Positions 1-13,304 of a DNA stretch of 64,000 bases are shown in pieces. This stretch comes from Orbicella franksi (Eukaryota): NCBI GenBank assembly GCA_964199315.1, contig OZ116698.1, positions 44,454,001 through 44,518,000 on the forward strand. Reading direction: 5' to 3'. Positions within the stretch are counted from its first letter, which is position 1. Each line of letters opens with the position of its first letter. A program made the position numbers and the translations under genes. The notes under the pieces are model-generated. The model searched no databases and was not told the origin of the DNA. It saw only the letters and a program-made list of their open reading frames with translations.

Positions 1-265
1 AAAAATTACAGCGAAATTTTTATTTGCCTTTGTCAGTATAATTTAGCATTCTTCCAAGCAGGTAAAGTTAAATTCTTTTTAGTTAATGCAATAGACTATT
101 TTTGGCAGCAAATGGGTTCACCGCCTACAGACAAATTTATTTTTCCTGCTCGCGAATTTATTTTTAATATGTTTTGGTTTTCTTCAAAAATAAATGGCCT
201 TCTTTGAATTTGTTAACGGTCCACCACCAAACATCAAGTTCAAATCTTAACTGTAAAATTGTTCT

Positions 266-923
266 TCAAGAAACCACACGAAACAAAAAGAGCTTAAGAA
301 AAACTTTAGCCTCATGCTGGGAAGCAACGCCCTTGCAGTTCTGAAAATAACAACATATTGCATTTTAATCGGTTGGTTGTTTTATCTCTAGGGAAGAGAC
401 TGTGAAAACCAATTTTCTCCAAATGAAACTTTAACTCGCTCCCATTTTATTCCGGTGAGACAGGGCGGTTTAGTTAGATGAAAATAAAATTTCCATTTTT
501 TTTCGTTCAACGAGGTTTGATTATTTTCAAATGAGACTCCACATGTGTGAAAGAAAGATTGTAAAACTACATGGCTTGGAAAATGAAACGTCTTCCGTTT
601 TGCCGCGGTACTCAAGAACAGTAGCTTGCCGCACGTAGCCTGGGTAATTCCTTACCACACCCTTAAAACTAAGATACGACTGACAGCAGAAAACAACAAA
701 CCTGGTGAAGTGAACAGCGCTCATCGCAATTCGCTGGAACCTCGACAACTTGGTAAAGTTCCCCACCCAACGGCGCGACCAGGGTGCCATTAGGAAGTCT
801 CCAAGTCGAGCAGCTTCGTAAGACGTTCTGCGCGTCATGGCAGCTCAGAAATTTACAGCCTGGCGGTAGATATTGCGGAAGGCTTGGCAGGCCGTGAGAT
901 ACGGGCGAATATTGATAGGTCAT
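266..923 (-). CDS. Possible small two-coding-exon gene, unknown Cys/Pro-rich ~98-aa protein (exons 923-702, 340-266)
   Basis: A pyrimidine-rich acceptor (tttcttacttcccag) sits 17 nt before ATG 923. The frame MTYQYSPVSHGLPSLPQYLPPGC...CSLHQ is open to a CAG|GTTTGT donor at 702/701. A strong acceptor (tgttgttattttcag) at 341/340 continues in phase 0 (NCKGVASQHEAKVFLKLFLFRVVS*). No recognisable homology. Confidence 0.35.
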
Positions 924-1323
924 GCTAATCGCTTATTACCCTGGGAAGTAAGAAACCAAAATTAGAAGAAAGGACACATTATTTACGTCTTGAATGTGGT
1001 GAGCATTTTCTCGTGCACAAGACTGGAAAGTAAAACTTAAAGCTCGACATGTGTTGATTTTTATAGACAGACAGCGCTCATTTTTGTGTTATGGGATTCT
1101 TTTTAAAGGTTCATGTCTCGTCTTCCGTCTTCTCATACAGCGAAAACGTAAATTTAAACTACAAAATTACACGTATTTTATGACCGGATACCACGCTTTC
1201 GCTCAAAAACCGTTTAGAATTAATGCTGCAATGTTTAATCATGAATTCGGGCTGAAAGCGACTAGATGGAGCAATTAGTTAGTTACCGGCTGAAAGCGAA
1301 ATGGCAAATTAAAATCTCTCAAA

Positions 1324-3021
1324 ATGGCTAGAGTAAACGACCTACACCAAAATTACTCAGCTAAAACATCTTCCGTCTCATGCAGGTTTGGCACAACTAA
1401 TACTAAAATCGCTAGGATTTACGCGTCGAAGTTGTCGACAAGAAAGAAGTATTACATCTGCTTGAAAAACATGTAGGCTAGGCAAGCCGCTTTAGTTGAG
1501 CAAACAGATAGGAAGTTGGAATAGTAGAGTTCCCTTGGTGCTTGGTATGGCTCTCGCAAACAAGATATCGAGAAATAGGCCGTTCTAATGATAAACGCAA
1601 TAAACCGTGTACATTTTTTTGTACAACGGAGATTGTTACTGGGGGAAATGATAACACGAGCTATTTCGTCTAAGAATTCACTTCAGTAGGAACGTGTTGC
1701 CTTTGAACGCGTTGTAAATTGACGCGTAAAGAATTCTTTTCGAATGTTATAAAAACGTCTAGTTTCGCTACCGTTTTAAGAATTTAGAAATCGGAACAGC
1801 AGTAAAAGGCTAGAAAAAGATAAAAGTGTCTTGACACCTCTGAAATAAAACCTATTGCGATGAGATAAAGCGAGATAAAAATCAAAATTCTTGTACTGTT
1901 ACTTAAAAAAACAAAAATCAACTAAAAAGAAAATGAGCAAAAACAGTGAAGTATAAAGTACCTGGTATGATGATATTCGAACTGTACAGAACGTAAACTC
2001 AATGGAACTTTTTACACCGGTCTTGGTCGTTTTCTGTTTCCAAGCTAGAAGTTAAGATCTCTTAAAACCCATTACATACCGAATGAACACAAAAAATGGA
2101 AGCGAAAATTGCCACAGCTGTAGGCCTATTATTTGTACGATTTGATCGTCACAGGCTCATGAACGATTTGCCAATAAATTACTCAATTGTTCTACCAGCG
2201 ATTAATAATTGATCGCCGTCGATACGCTGAGCTAATTCGTTTTTCGACCCTTAAAGCTTAAGCATGTGACACGGAATTTAGCTTGTCAATTGGATATAAA
2301 TTATGTTGATTTCATTATAACCCGGCGCTCTGTTTGTGTATCTCTGTTTGAAGGCTCCACTTCCGCTCGATTTGGCGGCCATTTCCTCCATGAGAAGAAA
2401 CTTCTCAACACAGGTGTTGCCTTGCTGCACATTGACAAAAGTTATAGAAACTTTTTTCAATATTATTTAATTTTCGTTGATGACTTATTTGTGGTCTCAT
2501 AATAGAAGGTGAAAAGTCTTTTTTTCTCTTAGAATCTCACTGAGTTCTTCGGAAGCCCAGTCGAAGTTGGAAATTAATATCGAAGTCGACAGCGACGAAT
2601 TCGGCCGAGAAAAGCGTAATGTACTAATGTGGACAATACAACATTTGTTCGTTACTGCCATTTCAAGTTCTCTTTATGTTCACCCCACTTGAGAGGTGAA
2701 AGCGTTATTGTGGCTCGAATTTCTCTTATTAAACAAAATCTTGCTCTTCAAAATTGCGGTTAAATCTGATTTATTTAAGCTATTGAGAAATAACTTGTTA
2801 GTTGGCGCTCTGTTGTCCCGTTATACTTGGCAGAATTTTGTTTTGTAAACAGCACGTTTGTGGAAAAAGAGTCGAAATTTTGCAAAGTCATCCACATTAC
2901 GGATGATTTTCGTCAAAATAACTTCCCTGCAGTTGGGTGAGAAATGAAATCTTTGAATTTTGGATGTTTATTTGCAGGTGCAAGTTTAATCATCCGTCGC
3001 AAGACTTTAAATTACTCTTAA
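1324..3021 (+). CDS. Possible spliced micro-ORF, 62 aa (exons 1324-1385, 2533-2615, 2978-3021)
   Basis: Canonical GT/AG sites with compatible phases (2, then 1) give MARVNDLHQNYSAKTSSVSCRISLSSSEAQSKLEINIEVDSDEFGREKRASLIIRRKTLNYS*. No homology recognised; could be chance or a lncRNA. Confidence 0.2.
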
Positions 3022-6000
3022 ATACTGTGGCTCGAGCTATTGAGTTATTTTGTTTCTTACTTTTGACTGTTCCATGCCATAAATACTCATCCCGCCCCCA
3101 GATCACAATACCTGCAAATTTAATGGTTGGCAAAGTTTACAGCGCTATTTTTCTCGCTCGGAACAGAAAATAGATGCTTGGAAATGGAAATGGCAATTGT
3201 GTTTGTGTTTGTGAGGTCGTACGTCACCGCTTAGTTGTAAACGGACCGAGTGGCGTCAGGTTGGTGGAGAGCAAAGGAGATGGAAAAGATGAAAATAAAA
3301 AGAGCGCATCTGCGAAAGCAATTTTTCACAATTTATGAGTGTGGCACAGTAACAAAACAACACCTTAAATTGCCATTGTTTTGCGGAAGTCAAAATTACG
3401 ATATTATGATTTGGACACATGAGGGAAGAAATAGGGGTGATGTTTGGTGAGATCCAAACTGAATCAACGTTTGAATCGTTTCAGAGAATGCCCTTTACTG
3501 TGCGCACTTGTCTATCATATTGACCGACATAAAGATCAAAGATCGAGTACGAACTGACTCTTGCTTAAAGATCTGAAGTTTGCCAAGCGTTCAAATTGAT
3601 TTTATATGCCCTGGGAAAAAGACAGATGCGAAGCATATGCCTAAGAAAAGCCTAATTAAAATGATTTATAACAACTATTTTTCGTGTTTAACCGGTATAA
3701 AAGATAATTTCATCATGAACAAACATTATTTTACTCTTCGCTGTGTTCGCTCTAGCACAATAAATGCTTTATTAGCTTAAATTTTTTCTCGCCCTTATGC
3801 TAATTTCAGACAGAAGTCGCCGCGGTATAGATTACTAAATAACCTGTAAATCCTACAATGGATTCGCCAGGATTTCAATTACGCACTTCTGAAAGCTGTG
3901 AGAACATATTAGAGTTCGAATGGGCAAAGTCGCTAATTTCAAACGAAGGCCGCTAATTTCAAACAAAATATACAAGTTAATAAGAAGGTGTTTCGACACG
4001 CTGCTGTCGGAAAAGTACCTATTTTTATTTCGCAAGTGCATTGGCTTTGAAAGTATAATTGTGAAGCACTTAGCTTTTTCCGGTTGAGAATAAACGCTCT
4101 TTAGAAAGCATGGTTTTACTTTAAAAGAACAATTTTCCAAGGATTCCATGACTCTCGTGTTTTGGAGAGGGTTATACTGTTTTCTGAAATTTGGTATAGT
4201 CCTAGTTTGAGAGGTTAAGGAAATAATGAAAGCTACTCTTTTCATAGCCAAAGTTGACAATTAAGTGTAAATCTGTTTATTCGGGGGCACCAGTCTTCAC
4301 GTTAAATTTGTTTCCTGATAGGTGAATATCATATGCGTTTGTAATATCTCATAGGTGATAACACTTTCCCGCTTAACAAAGCTGAGAATCGATATGTGAA
4401 TCGAAATATAGTGCAACCTTTTATTTCGTTTTTTGTAATATTTAATTTAATAAGTTCCAGTTAAAGAGATTCTATCTAGCGAACTTGGCGAGCAGGCTGT
4501 TCAATATCAGAAATAAACTTACTTTGACAGTACATTATACACTAGAAAAAAAGGTTACAGTTATTCAGAATCAATTACTGAGAAAACCCGTTTTCAACAA
4601 ATGCACTTGAAACGAAAATCTCGACAACTTCAAACAGCGAATTACTTATCGATTATTCCATTTATTCTCCATTTCACAAGTAATTCGCCTTCGTCTAAGC
4701 CATACACGTGCGTAACCTCAGATTGAATTTACAGCCAATACAATGAACTTTTTCGCTTCAGTTTTGTGCTCAAAATCCCCGCTTAAGAAAGCATCATTCA
4801 TTAGACAGTAGCATAGGAAAAGCCAAGGAAATTAGTGTCACTTAATCTCTAGGCCCACACTTACAGCGCACAATTCTCTTTAAATTCTGTTTACTTTGTA
4901 ATCAGATGTCATTATAGTAAGGGAAATATTGAGGGATTTTAAAAAACATTACCAGGAGTTATTTCCTTTGCTTGGCCGTGTAAAGCAAACAATGCCAGAC
5001 TTAAATTTGATTTTCTTCTTCGCTGATTGCACGTTGTGAATTCTCACGTGAATTGACTTAAACTGAGAAGCTCACAACCATAAAAAAACACTGCAAGCAT
5101 AGTCGATTAATTAATTGTTTTCTCTCGTTAGCCAATTGACCGGCGGCCGAATCAACAAAGCTTGATAACTCTAGTAATAGGACCAGTAACTTCAGAGAGG
5201 TTCCCTTCGTGCTTGAAAGAAGGGAGAGGTTTTAGCTTTCGCAAAGCAAAATCAGGAAAAAAAATTCTCTAAGGAACTTTTTTTCTCTCGGCCTGAGACA
5301 GTGCACTCGCCCAGTTACCATCTGGAAAACAGATGCTATGAAGAAAATAGAGCCGCGCTAGGCTTGCAGCGTGTTTTCTTCACATTGCTCCTTTCGAGAA
5401 TTATCACCATTGTGTTACACTGCTGTTAAAATGGGTTTGTTGCTAAGTGTGGTTTATTCCGGGCAGAACTCATATTTTCAGCCATTTGATTTTGAATCAG
5501 TAAAGCTGTCTTCACGACGAAAGTGATGCTGATAATTAGGTGAAAAGTTGCATGTGGATATAAAGTTCCCCAATTGTGTTTTGATGGGGTCTTTTGATTA
5601 CCGTCATTGCTTCAGTATATCAAGTCAAGTCGAGTCTTTTTTTTTTGGATAATTGGAATGCAACCAACACCATCTCCCGCTTAAAACGAAAAAAATTGCT
5701 CTATCGAATAGCACAGTAACTACTAGAAATACAAAATAAAAGACTGGTTTTGTGATCCCCAGAATATTAATATCTTCGAGAGTGAAGGACTTCTACAATT
5801 AATCGTAGTCCTGTGCGACAGACTAGAATTAAACTGATTTTTTGAAAATTTGATAAATGAAATTGTGTACATTTGACTTGGGGGACTCTCTCCTGAAACC
5901 AACCGAGTGGTTCCCAATTATGTTTGACAGAAAAAAAGTTCTTTTATGTAGTTGCCGGCCAACCAAGCGTTAAATTTCCTTTATAGTAAGCCATAAATTC

Positions 6001-8658
6001 GTTTTCACTCTGTTTACCTCATGTAAGAGAGTATATTGTTTCCGTGTATTTGGCAGAACTTCAGTGAAGATTTCTTTTGTAAAAAAGAGTTTGTTAGCCT
6101 ATGAAGAGATAGGTGAAGGCAACTATTGTGCAACAGACATCTTTTAACCAGCTTTGTTATAGACGAGCGTTCACACAGTAATTTCAAGAAAGCTCAGGCT
6201 CGCACCACAGTAGCAAGATATTGTTATCGTTTGCTGATTCTTCACAGTCAGCCAGGCGCCGCTTTCCAGATATAATAATTAGGACTTGTTTCCAAACCTC
6301 TGTCTCCTAAAAATTTTTTGTTAAGCCTAGTAACTAATGACGGAATTGATTGCATCAAGAGAAGATCAAGGCTGATCTTGATTATATGGAATGAACCCTT
6401 TCAGACCCTTGAAATAGTTTATTCTTCCAACTGATAGCCATAGGTTCCTCAGAATGTTAGTTTTTAAGAGTTTGGTGATAAATCATGACGACATGGTCAA
6501 TTTACCGTGTTTAAATGTAGCTATAATCAAGACACCCTATGGTTGATGGGATTCTGTGTTTCAGTTCTGATGCGGAAATTGAGTGTTTTGGTCGTTCTGT
6601 TGTTTTCAAGTCGTTTGTCTTTGGACGATTGGGATGCTACGCCGGCGATTGCATTAAAGATGGAATCCGCTCAAAGTTTGAGCAATAAGTGCAAAAGTTA
6701 TTTACTAAAAATCTACACACAGCACGGTAACTTTTTGAGTAATATTTAAAACATCTCACTTTAATTAATTTCTCTAAGTGACCCTGCGATTAAATTCTCT
6801 AACATTCTCGAAAAAGTTAATGTCAAACCTCGTAAGAATGCTTAATGCGTGTGTTATTGTTTTTTCAACTAACGCGAAACGTCCGTTTCAATTGAAATAT
6901 GGATAACTTCAAGTTCAATTTTCTCTCGCGGGGTCAGCTTGAGAGCTTAAATCTCGATAAGTTCGTCTTACCTTTATTCAAAATATCACCCTGCTATGAA
7001 GTTTTTTTGGTAACTTTATTTTTGCCATTATTGCTCGAATGTTCTGCGGAAATCGTCTTAATTTCAGTCAAATGTCATAAGTAGTGGAAGGGTAAAGTTC
7101 ACTACCCAGCCATTTGCGCCAGAATCAATATCCGTGCTCAACTAAAATCCTCTTGGTCCTTGTTGAATTGTAAATTCTCTGTGTCTAGTCAATCAAACGT
7201 GTGATTCCGACAAAAATTAAATGGGACCAAGTCCATAAATTAAGCTTAACATAATCGCCTCATGAGCGTTAAACTTCTCACTCAGTCTTTGGATCTAACC
7301 TTGGAAAGCAAAGACTACACGCAGATTTCTTGAGTTGCTGTACAGTAGAACTATGTAACTCAGTCTGCGAGTAAATGTAGAAGTCGTGTTTTAAATGCAG
7401 TTTCAGGTTTCTACCAGGTTTTAAACGACCGAACAAGCACAACTGACTTACAAAAAAAAAAAGAAAAGAAAGAAAAGTTCTGTGCTTGTTCGGTTCGATG
7501 ATCAAACGCAAAAGGGGCACTCTGATGAGTTCGAGAACTCAAAAGCCAAGAGACTTATTTACATCAAAAGTTGTTGTCTAGAGTTGTTAAAGATTACTTT
7601 ACTAATGCACGAAAGTTATGTAGGGGAATTTTGATGAGCTGCGAATGCGAAGGTTTTGGTCTCAAATTAAAAAAAACGTCAGGTAGACTTCAGTTTTAAA
7701 TCCTGTTCAAGTGTCTTGGAAAGATTACTGAAAACTAATTGCAATTTGTTCTCCCTTCAACAGTTCACTAAATATGAACCTGGGTACTTACGGGATCATA
7801 ATCCTGGCACCTTGTTGACCAAAACTGCTGCAAAATCTCCGTTATATATATTTCCCTGTTTAATTCTGGAGAACTGCCGATCGCCACTGTCGTGCAAATT
7901 CAGGAAAAAATAGATAAGTTCCTATTTGTTTTGTTTGTTTTAAGCCAATTAATATCGTAAACATGTCGAATTTTAAGCGCATCATACGTGCTATATTGTC
8001 GTTTTTAGGGTAACGTCACGAACGGCCGTTTAAAACCTCAATATGTAAATCTCAATGACATATTTCAGCGCGTTATATCAAGTATCTATAATTGCAGTCT
8101 AGACCACGGTTATTATCGATATCAGTTTATTTTTGAAATATCTTTAACAATTTGCGCTATAATTTAAATTGAGAAGGAAAGACAAATCAGTGAAGTTATT
8201 GGAGCCAGATAGCCGATAATATCGGTAAAATTGAAAGCCTTGCCCCAGTAGTATATGTTAAATAGAAAGCAAAACTAGACGACTCCTATAAAGGCTTGTT
8301 GCACAGTAAGCAATACAGCGGCATTAAATAACATAACATATAAGCGAAAAACACTTGGAAATATGGCTTCACCGGTGCCTCTTTGTCTGATTCACCTCAA
8401 TTCATCCTGTTTATCTTGGTCCGATCACCTTGAAACTTCCATTTGAGACAGTTGCTAGGTTTTACGTCACTTGCTGCGCAATGTTGTGTCGCTGTGTCAA
8501 ACTTATTGACACTTTTTGCGACATAACATCACGACAAACGGAATGATAAGCTTTTCTTACTGTGTATACCAAGGTCAACGTTGGTGTATAACCTCACCGA
8601 AATAAGTAGACAACATTCCTTGGTGGTCTAACGTTTAGGCAAGTAATGTGCACCAAAG

Positions 8659-8992
8659 CTACCAATGAAAAGTAAAAACTGAAACTTTGATAACTCCCTG
8701 CAGAAATATCCCCGTAACCACCTTAAACGTTTCTCTCAATTTGATATTCGCCCCGTCCCGAAAAATCGCAATTGTACTGAAGTTTGCCTTTTTATTCTTC
8801 CCCATGCTCTTTAAATCTTGGACCATCAGTTCATTTTTTATCTCTGTGGGTCTTTAGCTTCCTTTTTGCTTCCTCTAGGATAAACAAGCAGATGACGTTG
8901 AGGTCGGGGCTTCCAGCGTCCTTCACTAGGTCATGATCAGTTGCATAACCGTCTGTGAGTATTCTTCGAAACTTATGTTTCAAAGATGAAAA
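8659..8992 (-). pseudogene. Frameshifted coding remnant (~110 aa), unknown family
   Basis: Removing one A from the A6 run (+ strand T-run 8834-8839) joins two frames into FSSLKHKFRRILTDGYATDHDLVKDAGSPDLNVICLFILEEAKRKLKTHRDKNELMVQDLKSMGKNKKANFSTIAIFRDGANIKLRETFKVVTGIFLQGVIKVSVFTFHW*. Confidence 0.4.
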
Positions 8993-11900
8993 CTACGAAT
9001 TTCAGGCTCGGTAACAAACAGCCATCTCAAAAACCGGTGGTACGTTAAGAAATATAATCCTATGTAATTACACAAAATGGTAAAATGTGCTCAATTACTG
9101 AATCAATGAACGCGTTGAATAATGAGGTATAAGTGGCAACATAAGAAATACATTTTCTAGTGTTCCATTTTATTGTATACGTGTCAAAGCGAGCTACCAG
9201 CTGAAGCTGAACAAAAATGAATGTACAAAAACTGAACGCCGTGCAACAGTGAAAAAAACAAAAAGAAAGAAAAAGATCTGCGAAACAAAAATTCTAATAA
9301 GGGGTAAATACTAACTCGCAAATTCCTGTCCATCGATATTCAATCATTCAAATGCTTAATTCTTACTATCCACATTTTCACCTCCTGCCTATATTAAGAA
9401 TATTAGAGTTTTGACAAAAAGGTGCTCTGTTTCTGTCCAATCAAAATAGCGGCGTGCACTGTACGAAGGGCTTCGCGCCAGCCTGCCATAATGTCGAATG
9501 TTTAAGATGAACAAAACGAAATAAATTGTTCTGCCATAATGTCGCACCGGTAACGAGTCTTCCAACAGGCTACCTACCTATCTCTGAGATGAAAGAAGCC
9601 GCAGCCAGTAATGAGCAACCTGAATGATTTCTACTGAAGGCAGAACATGTTGTCTGGTATGATAACCCCTTACGTAAGACACCGTCGGGGCGTTAGGGGT
9701 GCAGTATTGATGCGCAATTTTTTGTTAGCTTTGATGTTTGGCTGAAGAATATATGTAAAAAGGTTGTTAGTGTAAAAGGCTTGCAAATCATTGAGAAATT
9801 GCGTTTTCGTATTTCATAGCGCGATTTTTTAAATCAAGCTTCTATTGATATGATTTAGTAACTGATTAGCATCAAACTAGTAATTAACAATGTTGATTTT
9901 TTACACAAAGGGCGTAAAAGTTTGCATGCTGTGCATTGTGTACACGAAATTAAGGTCGGACCAGTTTAGGTTATGACAAACGGACAATAAATGTGAGTCA
10001 ATCATTCTCTGCAGGTTTGACTCGTTACCAAAGAACTGACTTAAGCGACTTCCCACTTGTTTTTAGAACCTCTACATTGTAGCAACCTTTGCATAACATG
10101 CTCGTTTATATTTAAGTTATATTCAGTTCTCTTGTTCTATTGATGGTCATATATATCGTACATTTCAATGATGTCTGCCAGAGGCTTTTCTCACGCGCCT
10201 TGAGATCGCCCACTTGTACTCAGGGCTACCGAGAAGTTCACTGATGCGGCTTGTATCCAGCTCTCTCTCGGTTCTTTTTGGTAGAATAAAATTCTGCTGC
10301 CAAAATTTTGGGTAAAAAAATCATATTTAAAACTTGCATTTTTGTCGAATTTAAAAACGATCAAAAACTGTGTGTAGAGATGGCATATTTAATGTTCGTC
10401 TGAGTGAATTTGTGCAAAATTATGTTGAATTCATGCCATCAGAGATACAATTGTTGTAATATTTAGGTAATTCAGAAGTTTATTTAGACATTTTTGTGCA
10501 TGGAGAGAGAACCAAAACTAAATATTTTTACCTACCCTACTCATGTAGTGTCACGTTCCTTTCGTTTACCCCATATCCCATAAATATTTGTCTTTTACAA
10601 AGGCCTGTCCAGATGCTGACCGCATATATCGATGTGCTCATTGTTTCTTGACATTTCATGCCTTCGTTGATTGTCGCGTTCCATTCGTTACGCTTCAACA
10701 GTCGGCGCGACGTCAAACGAATCGGCGGTAAGCTAGACGGAAAACTTAGAAACTGTCGTGCTTTTCTTGTTAGAGTTGGAGATTCCACACTAAGTGATCA
10801 AACGGTTCTTATTGTTGGATCGTAACAGAGTGATTCAAGCTTGCATCGGATCTTCAGGTGAGAGGAATGTCAAAGCTATATTTTCATTCCATCAAAACGT
10901 GATAAATTGTGGTCCAAATCCTACATGTTAATGTATTCCCCGGCTTTGTACTCATGCTCCCTTTGCGATTTGAAAGCGAAGACCGTACGCTTATCTTGAC
11001 ATTACTGACCAGAAACTCTCGAAAGCGCTTGTCAATATGATTTACTAGATTAAGGTTACTTCTTATCTCGGTTTTGAGTTCTGTGGATTGCTTATATTCT
11101 GACAGATTGATCTATAAACTTTAGACGTGTTTCAAATGTCTTCCTTATCAAGATGTTACAGACTGCAGAACTAACTGAACGAAGAGTCAAATTTGTTCAA
11201 TCCCTTGCTAGTGTGGCAGTATGAAAAACCGATAAGACATTCCGCAAACGGTGAAATCGTAATGTCGCGTACTGTTACGAGTGCATGTCGAGTGAGCTGT
11301 TTGTTCTGAGGTTAAAAAAAGTTTTAATATCTACAGTGACGTTTCGACTCTGTGACATGTTTCGTCACTTGACATTTATCTTTCATCCACTCTCTCTTTC
11401 GAGTGATAATAACAGTATGATTCCTGAATTCTCGAGAACGTTTATCAGCTTAAAGGTTCAAGAACGTCCTTGGCGACAAAGCCGAAGTTCAGGAAACCAT
11501 TTTCTGCTCCGTTGATTTGTGCATGTAAAACGTACTCCCTTCAATTTTCATAAATGCCTGCTAATGACCTGAAAACAAACAATTCTGTCCTGAAATGTTA
11601 TTGCCTCAGCTGAATTATGAACAGTTAAGGGCATTGCACGACTAAAGAACTACAGTACAACGTCCGGACGCGGTTTTGTACGAGAACGAAACTGGTTGCA
11701 GCTCTAACTTCTGGATGATTCGTGATAAATGGGAAAGTTTTCATTGCGCGATTTCAGATTGAATTTCCGGTTGAGGGGTTAAATATACACTCTTATGTTT
11801 TCTCTGGCAGCTTTTTCTTCAAACAGAGGGTAAATTATACTTGGCGGTCGTTCCATGTAAGCCTGTGTTTACTTATCCCGTTAGTTGGGTATTGCCCCCG

Positions 11901-13304
11901 TTTTAAAAGTCACGAATATCTGCTATCACTAGATAACAAATTGGAGACCTCGAAATAGACATGTTAATCACCTGTGGGAAAATAATTTGGAGGTTGACTT
12001 TTTGGGCTAGTTATTTCATAGTATTAAGTTGGACACAAACTTTAAAACCCTAGAATTTATTTAAAATTTGTTTGTCGCTATTACTGGGATTAGAGCATGC
12101 CAGAGAGAAGGTAAAGTATTGGATATTCCAACGAGACCATTGATTGCATAGAATATAATGCCGAAATGGAGATTATTTTGGAAACAAAAAGTAGGTTATT
12201 AGCACTTCGTAGAAAACATTAACAACTAAAGTTCACATTACACAGCCTGGAGGCAAATTATTTGCATGATTGAAAACGAGCACCATCGAAACATTAAATC
12301 AATAGTTCCCAAGAAAACTCTTTCAGCTGTAAGAAAGCAGATTAACTATATTGTACTAAGCAAGTCGAACACAAAGAGAACTCAAAATCGATGGGAAAGA
12401 CTCAGGGATCTGCAAACAATACACTGTACGTGATAGGGTTGGGAGAAACAAAGCCATCATTAAATAAGAACGAAATCATTCCTTACGGGTAATAACTTTT
12501 AATTGAATCACCTAATCTGCGTGTGGTCTTGATTAATAACGATAGGAGAGACTGTTGTGACGATATGTCGATCAAACCTTTCAGTTGTTTAGGAAAGTGG
12601 ATGTACTGGTATACAGTATAATAATATTTGTCTGCCCAAGCTTCACTTTACTTCATTAAAGTACACCTGTTATTAATCACGAATTGCAAAGAAACATTTT
12701 TCAAAAGTAGCTGTTGCTTTAAGAGAGGTAGCTCAGTACTGAATCCATGGACTACTTAGAAACTACCGCAATGATTCGATTTAACGCCTTCCTTCCAATA
12801 ACCGCCACCTTTATAATAAGCGCTCCCCATCGAGTGCCATTTTCTTAATAAGCGCCCCTCCCAACAAGCAAGCGACGTTTAAGGCATTGACAAAGAATAG
12901 ATTGGTTAGACGAATGCACTATTAATTCTATTTTCCAGTTTGGACATTATGACTATCAGAGCCCCCTAATGTTACAATTCTTGAGTCAAGGGATCTGTTT
13001 AGAAGATGTGATCTCAGGCGAGGGAAAAGTAAACATAAAGCGTAAGAGGAGCTCAATTTGTCCTCGCCAAAACGGTCTCAGGAAGCACAACTTCGTAACC
13101 TTTAAAACCGGCACAATGTTTCTTCTTTAAAAAATAATTCTCCAGGAAACATTTTATGAACAAACTAATCCAAAAAGGCAAACACATTCCATTCTGGTAA
13201 ATTCATGACATGCAAACTTCAGTCACTATTGACGACAAAACATAGCCAATGAGCGTGCGACAATTTGACAGTTCGTCAATTTAGCAAGAGTTAGTAACCA
13301 TGTG

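Noticed and set aside
3853-4260. 135-aa minus-strand ORF
   Set aside because: Lies in repeat-like sequence with internal direct repeats (gctaatttcaaac x2); no domain or splice support.
7521-7545. CTGATGAG-hairpin-AAAA hammerhead-like string
   Set aside because: Lacks GAAA, helix II is out of register, and there are no helix I/III partners.
11330-11370. GTCGAAACGTCACTG on the minus strand (3' half of a hammerhead)
   Set aside because: No upstream CUGANGA core; at most a fragment.
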